Source: an uncultured Opitutaceae bacterium (GTDB lineage Bacteria > Verrucomicrobiota > Verrucomicrobiia > Opitutales > Opitutaceae). Taken from it: 64,000 bases of DNA. The DNA lies in assembly GCA_964565475.1 (NCBI GenBank), contig CAZMFB010000011.1, forward strand, positions 12,137 to 76,136, read 5' to 3'. The first letter of the stretch is position 1, and every line of letters begins with the position of its first letter. The notes under the pieces are model-generated. The model saw only the letters and a list, made by a program, of their open reading frames with translations. It ran no database searches and was not told where the DNA came from. The translations under genes were made by a program, and so were the position numbers. Shown here piece after piece: positions 52,144 through 62,185 of the stretch.

Positions 52144-53367
52144 ATGAACCAACCCACCATCGTTCGCACCAACACCGCCGAGCTCTACGACGCGTATGTG
52201 ATGAAGAATTTCGCGAAGGCACCGCTCACCCTCGTGCGCGGCGAGGGCGTGTGGGCTTGGGATGATACGGGGAAGAAATATCTCGATTTCGCCGCGGGCA
52301 TCGCGGTCAACGCGCTGGGCCATTGCCATCCCGACTGGGTGGAGGCGATCCGCCGGCAGGCGGGCGAGTTCGTCCATTGCAGCAACCTCTACCGGAACCC
52401 CAACTACGGGGAACTGGCGCGGCGGATCGTGCAGCAGGCCGGCCCGGGCCGAGTCTACCTCTGCAATTCCGGCACCGAGGCCAACGAGGCGCTCATCAAG
52501 CTCGCGCGCCTGCACGGTATCCGCAAGAGTGGCGAGGAGGGCAAATGCCTCCGCATCATCTGCGCAAAGAACGCCTTCCATGGCCGCACTTACGGCGGCA
52601 TGAGCGCGACGCCGCAGGAGAAGATCCAGAAGGGATTCAAGCCCTTCGTGCCCGGATTCGTCTTTGGCGAACTGAACAACCTCCAGAGCTTCACCGAACT
52701 GGTAGACGAGAACACGTCCGCGATCTTCATCGAGACGGTGCAGGGTGAAGGCGGGCTCATGCCCTGCACGGATGAGTTTCTCCACGGTTTGCGCAAGCTG
52801 TGCGACCGGCACAACCTCCTGCTCATGCTTGACGAGGTGCAATGCGGCATCGGCCGCACCGGTGCATTCTATGCGTTTCAGCACAGCGGCATCCGGCCCG
52901 ATGCCATCGGCATGGCCAAGGGCATCGGCAACGGCTACCCGATGGGCGCCATCTGGGCCGCCGAGAAGCATGCCGAGCTGTTCACGCCCGGCTCACACGG
53001 CACCACCTTCGGCGGGTCACCGCTCGCCTGCGCCGCCTCCTTGGCCACCCTCGATGTCATCGAACGCGACGGGCTGATTGCGAAGGTCAAGACCTACGGC
53101 ACCGTCTGGCGCGCGGACCTCGAGAAACTCGCGGTCGAATTTCCGAGGCAAGTCGCCGGCGTCACCGGCCGCGGCTATATGCTGGGCCTCAAGCTCACGA
53201 GCGATCCCGCGGCCTACCTGCCGCTGCTCCGCGAAAGCGGCCTGCTGTGCCCGGTGGCCGGCGGCAACGTCATCCGCCTGCTCCCGCCGCTCATCGCCAC
53301 ACCGGAACACCTCCGGCTCGCCACCGACATCATCCGGGGCGTGCTCAGGAAGAAGGAAGCCGCCTGA
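52144..53367 (+). CDS. argD: Acetylornithine aminotransferase
   Basis: GIAVNALGHCHP, NSGTEANE, FHGRT, DEVQCGIGRTG, MAKGIG, HGTTFGG. Confidence 0.95.
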   Translation: MNQPTIVRTNTAELYDAYVMKNFAKAPLTLVRGEGVWAWDDTGKKYLDFAAGIAVNALGHCHPDWVEAIRRQAGEFVHCSNLYRNPNYGELARRIVQQAGPGRVYLCNSGTEANEALIKLARLHGIRKSGEEGKCLRIICAKNAFHGRTYGGMSATPQEKIQKGFKPFVPGFVFGELNNLQSFTELVDENTSAIFIETVQGEGGLMPCTDEFLHGLRKLCDRHNLLLMLDEVQCGIGRTGAFYAFQHSGIRPDAIGMAKGIGNGYPMGAIWAAEKHAELFTPGSHGTTFGGSPLACAASLATLDVIERDGLIAKVKTYGTVWRADLEKLAVEFPRQVAGVTGRGYMLGLKLTSDPAAYLPLLRESGLLCPVAGGNVIRLLPPLIATPEHLRLATDIIRGVLRKKEAA

Positions 53368-54311
53368 TGCCTGCCCGCAGCTTCCTAGCCGAGACGGATT
53401 TCAGCGCCGCCGAGGCCGCGCAGATCTTCTCGTTGGCGCGGCGCTTCAAGCGTGAGCGCGGCAAGCACGAGAAGCCGCTGGCCGGCCAGACCTGGGCGCT
53501 GGTCTTCTCCAAGAGCAGCACGCGCACGCGCGTCTCGTTCGAGGTCGGCATCCACGAGCTGGGCGGCAACCCGCTTTTCCTCTCGAAGAACGACATCCAG
53601 CTCGGCCGGGGCGAGACGCTGCCGGACACGGCGCGGGTGCTCTCGCGGTTTGTCCACGGGCTGGTGGTGCGCACCTACGCCCACAGCGACATCACCGAGC
53701 TGGTCCGGCATGGCACCACGCCGGTGGTGAACGCGCTGACCGACTTCCTGCATCCGTGCCAGATTTTCGCCGACGCGTTCACTGCTGCCGAACGTTGGGC
53801 CGGTTCGGCCGGCGATCTCTTTTCCGCCCTGCGCGGGCGAAAAATCGCCTACCTGGGCGATTGCAGCTTCAACATGGCCAATTCTTGGATCCTCGGCGCG
53901 CACCTCTTCGGCATGAAGGTGGCGCTGGCCGGCCCGGAGGGATTTGGACCCGGAGCGGAGATCTGTGCCGCGGCGGCGAAGCTCGGTGCCCAATTCGAAT
54001 TCACCTCCGATGCCCGCGTGGCGGTCGCTGGTGCCGACATCGTCTACACTGATGTCTGGGCCAGCATGGGACAGGAGGATGAACAGGTGAAACGGGCGGC
54101 CCGTATGCTGCCCTATCAGGTCGATGCCAAGTTGTTTGCCGCGGCCAGGCCGGATGCGTTGTTCATGCATTGCCTGCCGGCGCATGCGGGAGAAGAGGTC
54201 ACCCAGGAGGTGCTCGACCATCCGCGCTCGGTCATATTTGACGAAGCGGAGAACAGGCTGCACATCCAAAAGGCCATCATGGCCTACCTCGCCCAAAGCG
54301 CCGGGCGCTGA
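53367..54311 (+). CDS. argF: Ornithine carbamoyltransferase
   Basis: SSTRTRVSFE, HPCQ, YTDVWASMG, HCLPAH, AENRLH; TGATG overlap with argD. Confidence 0.97.
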   Translation: MPARSFLAETDFSAAEAAQIFSLARRFKRERGKHEKPLAGQTWALVFSKSSTRTRVSFEVGIHELGGNPLFLSKNDIQLGRGETLPDTARVLSRFVHGLVVRTYAHSDITELVRHGTTPVVNALTDFLHPCQIFADAFTAAERWAGSAGDLFSALRGRKIAYLGDCSFNMANSWILGAHLFGMKVALAGPEGFGPGAEICAAAAKLGAQFEFTSDARVAVAGADIVYTDVWASMGQEDEQVKRAARMLPYQVDAKLFAAARPDALFMHCLPAHAGEEVTQEVLDHPRSVIFDEAENRLHIQKAIMAYLAQSAGR

Positions 54312-54317
54312 ACCGGC

Positions 54318-54797
54318 TCACTCCTCGAGGATCAGCATCACCCGCGTCGGGGATATCTTCCGGAAAATGCCCGTCGACAGGTCACCGTCATCGATCCGGT
54401 TGTCGATTACCAGCAACTGATCGTCGCCGGCGGTAAATCCTGTGACCGCAATGCCGGCGGTGACTCCGAAGGTGTAGGCGTCCCAGTTCCAGCGCCCGCC
54501 AATCGGGGTTTGCGCCTCCCACACGTCGGCCTTGATGGCGCGGGCCATGCCGACGGGAACGACACCGGTGCCGGCATTGGGGGGCCACTCGCCGTTTTCG
54601 GCGGCAAACTGTTCATAGGCCTGTGCGAAGGTGCGGAAGTCGCTCATCATGCGGCCCAACCTGGCGTTGTTGCCCACCCGTTGCACGGCCGGGACGGCCA
54701 TGGCGGCGAGAAATCCGATGATCACCACCGCGATCATGATTTCCAAGAGGGTAAAGCCACGACTGGTCCGGCGGGGCAGGCAGGGGTTCACTGACAT
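54318..54797 (-). CDS. Type IV pilin/type II secretion pseudopilin
   Basis: RGFTLLEIMIAVVIIGFLAAMAVP N-methylation motif. Confidence 0.9.
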   Translation of the reverse strand: MSVNPCLPRRTSRGFTLLEIMIAVVIIGFLAAMAVPAVQRVGNNARLGRMMSDFRTFAQAYEQFAAENGEWPPNAGTGVVPVGMARAIKADVWEAQTPIGGRWNWDAYTFGVTAGIAVTGFTAGDDQLLVIDNRIDDGDLSTGIFRKISPTRVMLILEE

Positions 54798-54913
54798 GCG
54801 CCCGTGGATAGCAGGGCCATTCGGCAAGGCAAACCCTAAGGTGTAATCGCCCCGTAAACCTGTTTTACGATTGCTCGGCGCGACACACGGATTTCACATA
54901 CCCATTCTCCACC

Positions 54914-56146
54914 ATGAAGATAGTCCTCGCCTATTCCGGAGGCCTCGACACCTCCGTCATCGTCAAGTGGCTCCGTGAAACCTACGACGCTGAAATCGTC
55001 ACGTTTGCGGCCGACATCGGTCAGGAGGAGGAATTGAAGGGCCTCCCGGCCAAGGCGAGGAAGACCGGGGCTTCGAAGCACTACACCCTCGATCTGGTCG
55101 AGGAATTCGCCCGCTACTTCATCTACCCGATGATCCGAGCGAATGCGATCTACGAGGGCCAGTATTATCTCGGCACTTCGATCGCGCGACCGCTCATCGC
55201 CAAGGCCCAGATCGACATCGCCCGCAGGGAAAAGGCCGACACCGTCGCGCACGGCGCCACCGGCAAGGGCAACGACCAGTGCCGCTTCGAGCTCACCTAC
55301 ATGGCACTTGCCCCGCACCTGCAGATCGTCGCGCCCTGGAAGATCGATTCCTTCCGCGCACAATTTCCCGGCCGTGCCGAGATGATCGCATACTGCAAGG
55401 CCAACCGGATCCCGGTCGAGGCCTCGCTCAAAAAGCCGTATTCGATGGACCGCAACCTTCTCCACATCTCCTACGAGGCGGGCATCCTCGAGGACCCGTG
55501 GTTCGACCCGACCACCAAGGAGAACAAGGGCATGTTCAAGCTCTCTGTCTCCCCTGAGGACGCCCCCGACAAGGCCGAATACGTCGAGCTCACGTTCGAG
55601 AAGGGCAACTGCGTCGCCGTGAACGGCCGGAAGCTCAGCCCCGCCGGCGTGCTCAAGGCCCTCAACAAACTCGGAGGCAAGCACGGCATCGGTCGCGTCG
55701 ACCTCGTCGAGAACCGCTTCGTCGGCATGAAATCCCGCGGCGTCTACGAGACCCCCGGCGGCACCATCCTCATGCACGGCCACCGCCAGATCGAATCGCT
55801 CACGATGGACCGCGAGGTCATGCACCTGCGCGATTCACTCATCCCGAAGTATGCCGAGCTCGTCTACTACGGATTCTGGTTCGCTCCGGAGCGCGAGGCC
55901 CTCCAGGCCCTTGTGGACGAGTCGCAGAAGCACGTCAGCGGCACCGTCCGTCTCAAGCTCTACAAGGGCAACATCATCACCTGCGGCCGCAAATCGAAGT
56001 ATTCCCTCTACGACATGAAGATCGCGTCGATGGAGGGCGTGAAGAGCTGGTATAACCAAACCGACGCCACCGGCTTCATCCGACTCAACGGCCTGCGTCT
56101 CCGTGCCCGTTACTACGCCCAGGGCGGCGCCCGGATCGGCCGGTAG
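54914..56146 (+). CDS. argG: Argininosuccinate synthase
   Basis: [46 protein letters not shown]. Confidence 0.98.
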   Translation: MKIVLAYSGGLDTSVIVKWLRETYDAEIVTFAADIGQEEELKGLPAKARKTGASKHYTLDLVEEFARYFIYPMIRANAIYEGQYYLGTSIARPLIAKAQIDIARREKADTVAHGATGKGNDQCRFELTYMALAPHLQIVAPWKIDSFRAQFPGRAEMIAYCKANRIPVEASLKKPYSMDRNLLHISYEAGILEDPWFDPTTKENKGMFKLSVSPEDAPDKAEYVELTFEKGNCVAVNGRKLSPAGVLKALNKLGGKHGIGRVDLVENRFVGMKSRGVYETPGGTILMHGHRQIESLTMDREVMHLRDSLIPKYAELVYYGFWFAPEREALQALVDESQKHVSGTVRLKLYKGNIITCGRKSKYSLYDMKIASMEGVKSWYNQTDATGFIRLNGLRLRARYYAQGGARIGR

Positions 56147-56249
56147 GAGACCGGCGGCTGGTCGCGCCAATCCACCGGTAGGTCGCACGAACCCGGAAAT
56201 TGGGCGATTGCCGCTCGGCCCCGAGGTGCGGGCGGCACAGGCTGCGGGC

Positions 56250-56771
56250 ATGACCAAGCGAATCCTGCCCCTGTTGCTCCTGCCCCTCGCGCTCCTGGCC
56301 CAGCAAAGCCCGCCGGCGGCTCCCTCCACGCCCCCAGTCCCGCCCGTCAACCACGACTTTGATTTCTGGATTGGCGACTGGGAGGTGACCGTCCGCGCCA
56401 CCGGCAAGCTCGCCGGCCACAACAGGATCGAGGCCCGCCACGGCGGACGCGTGCTGGTCGAGAATTACACCACGCCCGGTGCTTACACCGGCATGAGCCT
56501 TAACGGCTACGATGCCGCCACCAAGCGCTGGCACCAGTGCTGGATGGACAACGGAGGTCTCGTGCTCGACCTCTACGGCGGTCTCGAAAACGGCAGCATG
56601 GTCATGACCGGCGAGACTATTTTGCCCAACGACACCAAACAGCAGGAGCGCATCACGTGGACCCCCAACCCCGACGGCACCGTCCGCCAGCACTGGGAGC
56701 AATCCACCGATGTCGGCAAGACCTGGACCACCGCCTTCGACGGCCTCTACCGGCGCAAGTCGACAAACTAA
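56250..56771 (+). CDS. Secreted hypothetical protein (DFDFWIGDW family)
   Basis: Signal peptide; DFDFWIGDWEV, WHQCWMDN, QHWEQSTDVGKTW. Confidence 0.8.
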   Translation: MTKRILPLLLLPLALLAQQSPPAAPSTPPVPPVNHDFDFWIGDWEVTVRATGKLAGHNRIEARHGGRVLVENYTTPGAYTGMSLNGYDAATKRWHQCWMDNGGLVLDLYGGLENGSMVMTGETILPNDTKQQERITWTPNPDGTVRQHWEQSTDVGKTWTTAFDGLYRRKSTN

Positions 56772-56778
56772 TAATTCC

Positions 56779-57528
56779 TCAACCGGCGAAAAACTTCAGG
56801 AACGTGCGGGTCTCGGCGGGCACCGCGGGCGACAGGTTGGGCAGGACCCAGCGATAAAGCTGGCAGATCTCGTCGTGCAGCCCACCCGAGGTATCGAAGA
56901 CCGGCCGGCTGACGGCGGCATCGTGTTCACCATGGGATTCCAAGGCATAGGCGCCGGGACGGTCGAGCTGCAGTTTCCCGCGGCAGAAATAGTCGGCCAT
57001 GCGGAATTCAAAGCGGTTGGGCGGGAAACCGGGCCGCTCCTCGTGCCACATGGTGAGCATGGAGTCGGAATCACCGACATAGACCCGCTTGGTGAAGCCG
57101 ATGGTATCCTGGATGATCTGCTCCGGGGCCATGACCCGCAGGGATTGGCCGATGACGACCGGTTGCATGAGCTGGTAATAGGTCTTCTGCGGCTCGGGCT
57201 CCTTGAAGATGAGGCCCAGCCCAAGGCTCAGCTGGACTTTCAGGTCCTGCAGGTGGGCGATGCGCGCTTCCAGCTCAAGGCGGTGCTGGGCCAGCAGCAA
57301 ATCCACGCGGACGTGGTGGCCGGGCTGAAGGTCGCCGCGGGCCGCCAGCAGCAGGCGGACGCCATTGCCCGAGATATCCTGCACGGCCGCGGGGCTTTCG
57401 CGCCCGGCATTGTGGAGGACGGCCCTCAGGGGGAAGCCCGGGCCGGGCGCATAGCGTTGATTCAGGCGCTTTTCGAGCTGTTCGACCTTGGCCCGCTCAA
57501 AATTGAAAATGCGCCGGAAAATCGACAT
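56779..57528 (-). CDS. PilZ-domain protein
   Basis: RxxxR (RLNQR) and DISGNG motifs. Confidence 0.8.
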   Translation of the reverse strand: MSIFRRIFNFERAKVEQLEKRLNQRYAPGPGFPLRAVLHNAGRESPAAVQDISGNGVRLLLAARGDLQPGHHVRVDLLLAQHRLELEARIAHLQDLKVQLSLGLGLIFKEPEPQKTYYQLMQPVVIGQSLRVMAPEQIIQDTIGFTKRVYVGDSDSMLTMWHEERPGFPPNRFEFRMADYFCRGKLQLDRPGAYALESHGEHDAAVSRPVFDTSGGLHDEICQLYRWVLPNLSPAVPAETRTFLKFFAG

Positions 57529-57578
57529 GCCGCTTGTTAGCGGACCGGCCCCGTCCTGACAAGCCCGCGGGCGCGGGA

Positions 57579-57959
57579 TTATTCCCTGACGTTGTGCCCT
57601 GCGGCCCGCAGGGCGGCGAGGGCGGGTGCCAGGGCGGCGGACTTGATCAGCAGATGGTCGGTGTCGAACGTGGCCACGGCGAGCGAGCTGACCCTGGCGG
57701 CGGCCAGCGGGGCGAGCACCGAGGAGAGGATGCCCACGGCGCCAAAATCGAACGGGCCGACCAACTGCAACAAACGCCAATCACGCTCCAGCTTCTCACC
57801 GGCGGGCACGCGCGTGACCGGACAGATGATCGAGAGCTCTTCCGGTGTTCGCGTGATGGAGCAGAAGCCCGGGCCGTCGGCCCACGCGGGTATGGCGTCT
57901 CCGGGCGCAAGCCGGCACACGGCGTATTCGCCGGGGTGAAGCTGGAGGGTGAGGGCCAA
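57579..57959 (-). CDS. ACT domain protein (CASTOR/ACT_7-like)
   Basis: SITRTPEELSIIC, GPFDFGAVGIL, ATFDTDHLLI. Confidence 0.88.
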   Translation of the reverse strand: MALTLQLHPGEYAVCRLAPGDAIPAWADGPGFCSITRTPEELSIICPVTRVPAGEKLERDWRLLQLVGPFDFGAVGILSSVLAPLAAARVSSLAVATFDTDHLLIKSAALAPALAALRAAGHNVRE

Positions 57960-57988
57960 GAACGGTGAGCGATTGCGTGCGCCGGGCG

Positions 57989-58978
57989 TCAGAACAGGGC
58001 GTTGGCGGCGACGCCCACGGCGGTGATGGGGCCCTGATCGTTGAGGCCTTCGAGCGCGCGGTCGGCCTTCTTCATCAGGTTCTGCGCCTCCTTGTAGAGC
58101 GTGTCATCGGCGAGGAGCTTGCCGAAGGTGCCCTGACCGCTGGTGAGCTTGGCGGAGAGGTCGCGCAGATTTTGCGCGGTGACCTTGATGTTGCCGGCGG
58201 TGGCCTCGTCGTAGAGCAGCACGCCAAGCGTGCCCTTGCCGGCCTTCACGTCGGCGACGATGCCCTTGGTGTCGCTGACAAAGGTGCGGGCGTCGGCTGC
58301 GGCGGTCTTGATCTCGCCGACGGCGCTGAGGAGCTCGTCGTGGAGCTTGGGGTCGTTGACGAGGCGGCCGAGCGTGCCCTCGCCCTGCTTGAGCTTGTCG
58401 GTGATGTCGCGGAGATTGCTGATGGTCTCGGTCAGCTTGGGGCCGTTTTCCTCGACGAGCTTGTCCACGCGCGAGAAGAGCGAACCGGAGCCGCCGTCGC
58501 CACCGAGGGCCTTGCCGATGTCGCCGGCGACCTGCTCGAGCTTGGACCCGAGGGAGCCGAGCCGCTCGATGACCTCGTTCATGTCGGTCGTGGTGGCGGT
58601 CTTGATCTCGGCGCCGCCGGCCAGGAAGGTGCCGGAGCGGCCGAAGCTGACCGCGAGGTGCTGGCTGCCCAGCAGGCTCGAGGTCTGCACGGAGGCGACG
58701 GCGTCGTCGGGGATCTGCACGCCGGGTTGGATGATGAGGATGGCCTCGACGCGCTGGGCGCCGAGTCGGGTCTCCTTGACGGAGCCGATCTTGACGCCGG
58801 CCATCTGGACCTCGTCGCCGGCCTTGAGGCCCTTGAGGTTGGCGAAGGGCGCAACGAGGGTGTAGCCCTTCGGACGGAGGATCTGGCCGCCGTTGAGGGC
58901 CTGCAGGGTGATGAAGGCAAGCGCGAGACCGAGGACGAAGAAGAGTCCCACGCGGACGGTTTGCAGGTTATTGTTCAT
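57989..58978 (-). CDS. mlaD: MCE/MlaD family protein with a long helical extension
   Basis: VGLFFV TM, GLKAGDEVQMAGVKIGSV, TSSLLG; three GxGT(L/F)GxL repeats. Confidence 0.9.
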   Translation of the reverse strand: MNNNLQTVRVGLFFVLGLALAFITLQALNGGQILRPKGYTLVAPFANLKGLKAGDEVQMAGVKIGSVKETRLGAQRVEAILIIQPGVQIPDDAVASVQTSSLLGSQHLAVSFGRSGTFLAGGAEIKTATTTDMNEVIERLGSLGSKLEQVAGDIGKALGGDGGSGSLFSRVDKLVEENGPKLTETISNLRDITDKLKQGEGTLGRLVNDPKLHDELLSAVGEIKTAAADARTFVSDTKGIVADVKAGKGTLGVLLYDEATAGNIKVTAQNLRDLSAKLTSGQGTFGKLLADDTLYKEAQNLMKKADRALEGLNDQGPITAVGVAANALF

Positions 58979-59783
58979 GGCTTTGCTCCAGTTGTTTGAA
59001 TCGGGGATTGGCGAGGTCGATGGCCGGGTTGAGGAAATTGGCGATGGCGGGATCCGTGGGCTGGGTGAAGTCCGCCGGCTTGCCGATGGCGCGGATCCGG
59101 CCGTCCATGATGATGGCGATGCGGTCGGTGATGTTCAGCGCGAGGTTGCGGTCGTGCGTGACGACGATGCTCGTGACGGCAGTCTGCTCGCGCAGAGTGG
59201 CGATGATCTCGCTGATGGTGGCGCTCATCACCGGGTCGAGCTCCGAGGTGGGCTCGTCGTAGAGCAGGAGCTGCGGCTCCATGACGAGGGCGCGCGCGAT
59301 GGCGACGCGCTTGCGCATGCCGCCGGAAAGCTCGGAGGGAAACTTGTTCACGGCCTTCTCGAGCGAAAGGATGGACAGGGCGTGCAGGACGCGCTCGCGG
59401 ATGCCGGCCTCGTTGCAGAGGCGGTGCTCGCGGGGGTAAAGCGCGAGGTTTTCGTAGACCGAGAGCGAACTGAAGAGGGCGCCGGCCTGGAAGACGAGGG
59501 CGAGGTGCACCTTGTCACGCGTCGCGGGATCGGCCGCGTCGAACCCGCCGATGCGCACCTCGCCGCGGGTGGCCTTTTCGAGGCCGGCGACGTGCTTGAG
59601 GAGGACGCTCTTGCCGGAGCCGCTGGGACCCATGATGCAGAAGATCTCGCCCGGGCGCACCTCGAGGTTGATGTCATGCAGCACGGTGGTGCGACCGAAA
59701 CTCTTGGTCAGTCCCGCGACGGTGACGCCGTAGGTCTTGCCGACGAAAGGCGAGGCGGTGTAAGGGGTGGACGTGTTGGCCAT
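58968..59783 (-). CDS. mlaF: MlaF/Ttg2A-type ABC ATPase
   Basis: GPSGSGKS, LSGGMRKRVAIARA, LLYDEPT, VTHD. Confidence 0.93.
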   Translation of the reverse strand: MANTSTPYTASPFVGKTYGVTVAGLTKSFGRTTVLHDINLEVRPGEIFCIMGPSGSGKSVLLKHVAGLEKATRGEVRIGGFDAADPATRDKVHLALVFQAGALFSSLSVYENLALYPREHRLCNEAGIRERVLHALSILSLEKAVNKFPSELSGGMRKRVAIARALVMEPQLLLYDEPTSELDPVMSATISEIIATLREQTAVTSIVVTHDRNLALNITDRIAIIMDGRIRAIGKPADFTQPTDPAIANFLNPAIDLANPRFKQLEQSHEQ

Positions 59784-59791
59784 GGGGCGGG

Positions 59792-60544
59792 TCACATGAG
59801 GGCCTTGGTGACGAAGAAATCGAGCACCAGGATGAGGATGAGGGAGGCCACCACGGCCTTGGTGACGGAGGCGCCGATCTCGCGCGGGCCGCCGCGGGTA
59901 TTCAGGCCCGTGTAGCAGCAGACGAGCACGACGACGAAGCCGAAGACCTCGGCCTTGATCAGGCCGTCGAACAAGTCCCACATGTCCATGTAGCGTTTGA
60001 GGGCGGTGAAGTAGGCCTCGCTGTCCACGGCGATGGTGGCGGTGTATTGGCAGATGAGCGCGCCGCCGAACCAACCGCAGAGCACGCCGATGAGCGTGAG
60101 CACGGGCATCATGACGAGCACGGCGGCGAGGCGCGGGAGCACGAGGATGCGCTCGGGCGGGATGTTCATCGTCACGAGCGCGTCGACCTCCTGGTAGACC
60201 TTCATGGAGGCCAGCTCCGCGGTGATGGCCGAGCCCACGCGCCCGGCCACCAGGATGGCCACCATGACCGGGCCGAGCTCGCGCACCACGGACAGGCCGA
60301 CCAGCGTGCCGATGAACTGCTTGGCCCCGAAATTCTCCATGCTGTAACCGCTCTGCAACGCGAGCACGCTGCCGATGAAAAAGGTCAGGATGGTGACAAT
60401 GGGCAGCGACGTGTAACCGATGACGTAGCACTGGTCGATGAAGCGGCCGAACTGGTGCGGGAGCGTGGGCGTGTAACGCGCCGCGCGGACGGCGAGCAGC
60501 ACCGTGCCGCCGATATGGCCGAGGACATTAGTGAGCTGGTTCAT
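59792..60544 (-). CDS. mlaE: MlaE-type ABC permease
   Basis: RELGPV, AGRVGSAITAELASM, VLPR, TKAVV. Confidence 0.94.
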   Translation of the reverse strand: MNQLTNVLGHIGGTVLLAVRAARYTPTLPHQFGRFIDQCYVIGYTSLPIVTILTFFIGSVLALQSGYSMENFGAKQFIGTLVGLSVVRELGPVMVAILVAGRVGSAITAELASMKVYQEVDALVTMNIPPERILVLPRLAAVLVMMPVLTLIGVLCGWFGGALICQYTATIAVDSEAYFTALKRYMDMWDLFDGLIKAEVFGFVVVLVCCYTGLNTRGGPREIGASVTKAVVASLILILVLDFFVTKALM

Positions 60545-61994
60545 GCGGGAGGTTCGCGGAGGAAACGGTAACCGGCGGACGGGAGAAATCGAACAGGAAG
60601 GGACGCCAACCGGCGGCGGTGCGCTTCAGGCCGAGCAGGCCGCCAAGGAGGGCGGCCCGGGTTTCGCCCGGCGAGGCCCGCAGCCCGAAGAGGGGGCCGA
60701 GGTGGAATTCCCGTTCGCCAACGGTGCGGTGCCAGGTGACGGCACCCCAGAGGAGGGAGGCGTGCGTCTCGTCATCACTGCGGCGGTCATGACGGTAGAG
60801 CGCGAAGAGCGGGGTGTAGAGCTGGCGCACCCGGTCGTTGTGCGGGAAAAAGACCTCGACGGGGCTGAGGAGCTGGAACTGGCGGCGTCCGGCCCCGTTG
60901 TCCCATGCGCTGTAGAGTGGCCAGAGGTGGCGCTTGGAAGCGGTGGGGGCGGTGGGGTTGGTCAGACTGCGCTGCTCGAGCGACCACCAGAGGAAGAACA
61001 GGAGCTCGGCGCGCTCGTGCGCGAGGCCCTTCTCCTCCCACGCCGCATGGCGCAGCAGGGGCCACAGCACCCAGGTCTTGTCATAGCCGCGCACGACGGA
61101 GCGGGAAAAGAAAGGCGCCCAGCGATTGACGGTCTTGTGGTCGCCACGGCCCTGCACGAGGAAGGGCCAGAGCCAACGCTGTTCGTCATAGCGGTAGGGG
61201 GCCGTGCGGTGTGTGTAGCCGAAGAAGGGCCAGAGCCAGTTCTCGCTCCTGTGCCCGGGGCCGGCGTCGCGCGTGTAGAAGGGCAGCACGCCGAATTTCT
61301 CCTCGGGCTCGGCGGTGTTGAGTCCGGTGCGCTGTGCGTAGATGAGCGGCCACAGTGCGTAGGAGAAGGTGGCTTCGCCTTCTTTCTCGCGGCGGCCGCC
61401 GAGGGGCCAGAATTCGAATCCGCTCTGGCCCGCGCCGTGGGTGCGCCGGATGAAGGGCCACGGGGTATAGGTGGTGTGCGTGCCGTTCTTGGCGACGTCG
61501 GCGTAGAGCGGGAAGAGGGTCCAGCTCAGCGTGTCACGTCCGAAGCGGTTCCTGATCGTGCCGTGCAAGGGCAGGAGGGCGCGGTAGGAGGTGGCGGGGT
61601 CGCCGGTGTCGCGGGAAAAGTAGAGGGGCCAGAGATCGAAGCCGCGGACCGTGGGGCCATGCACGGGGATGTCGCGCCGGGAGTTGATGAGCTTGAAGAA
61701 ACTGGCGTGCGAATAGTTGGGGCCGCGCTCGGCGCTGAAGAAGGGGAACAGGAAATAATCCCGCGTGCTGTCCGGCTGGTCGACATGCAGGTGCAGCGGG
61801 CGCAGGCCGGTGAGGGTGGATCCCTGAGGTCCCGGTTTGCCGAAAAGGAACGGACCGGCCGCCTGCCAGCCCTCATCCCGTCCGTCCGGATGCTGGTAAC
61901 CGACAAAGAGCGGCCACACGTTCAGTTCGGCGGCGTGCAGGCACGGCGCGAAAACGAACGCTGCGAGCAAGCCGAAGGTCGGTCGGTAGCGCAT
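60528..61994 (-). CDS. Secreted aromatic-rich repeat protein heading the Mla operon (alternative start 62033)
   Basis: Signal peptide; many W/F-P-L/F units; overlaps the mlaE start. Confidence 0.8.
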   Translation of the reverse strand: MRYRPTFGLLAAFVFAPCLHAAELNVWPLFVGYQHPDGRDEGWQAAGPFLFGKPGPQGSTLTGLRPLHLHVDQPDSTRDYFLFPFFSAERGPNYSHASFFKLINSRRDIPVHGPTVRGFDLWPLYFSRDTGDPATSYRALLPLHGTIRNRFGRDTLSWTLFPLYADVAKNGTHTTYTPWPFIRRTHGAGQSGFEFWPLGGRREKEGEATFSYALWPLIYAQRTGLNTAEPEEKFGVLPFYTRDAGPGHRSENWLWPFFGYTHRTAPYRYDEQRWLWPFLVQGRGDHKTVNRWAPFFSRSVVRGYDKTWVLWPLLRHAAWEEKGLAHERAELLFFLWWSLEQRSLTNPTAPTASKRHLWPLYSAWDNGAGRRQFQLLSPVEVFFPHNDRVRQLYTPLFALYRHDRRSDDETHASLLWGAVTWHRTVGEREFHLGPLFGLRASPGETRAALLGGLLGLKRTAAGWRPFLFDFSRPPVTVSSANLPHEPAH

Positions 61995-62185
61995 GCGTGG
62001 TGTAGGTTTGCTATTGGTGTCGGATACAGCCACTAGAGGGCCGGCCTAGGGACGACAACAGCGGTCTCCAAAACCGCAATTGCCGCAGGCCATGATATGT
62101 TACAACCGCCACCATTGCAAAGAGTTCCCCGAAACTACGACTTTGGCCCAATGACGCGCGCCACCGGCGACAAGGGGGGACAGAC

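Noticed and set aside
54845..54875. CGTAAA-N5-TTTACG palindrome before argG as an ARG box
   Set aside because: It does not match the ArgR consensus and was not seen before argC; too short to support.
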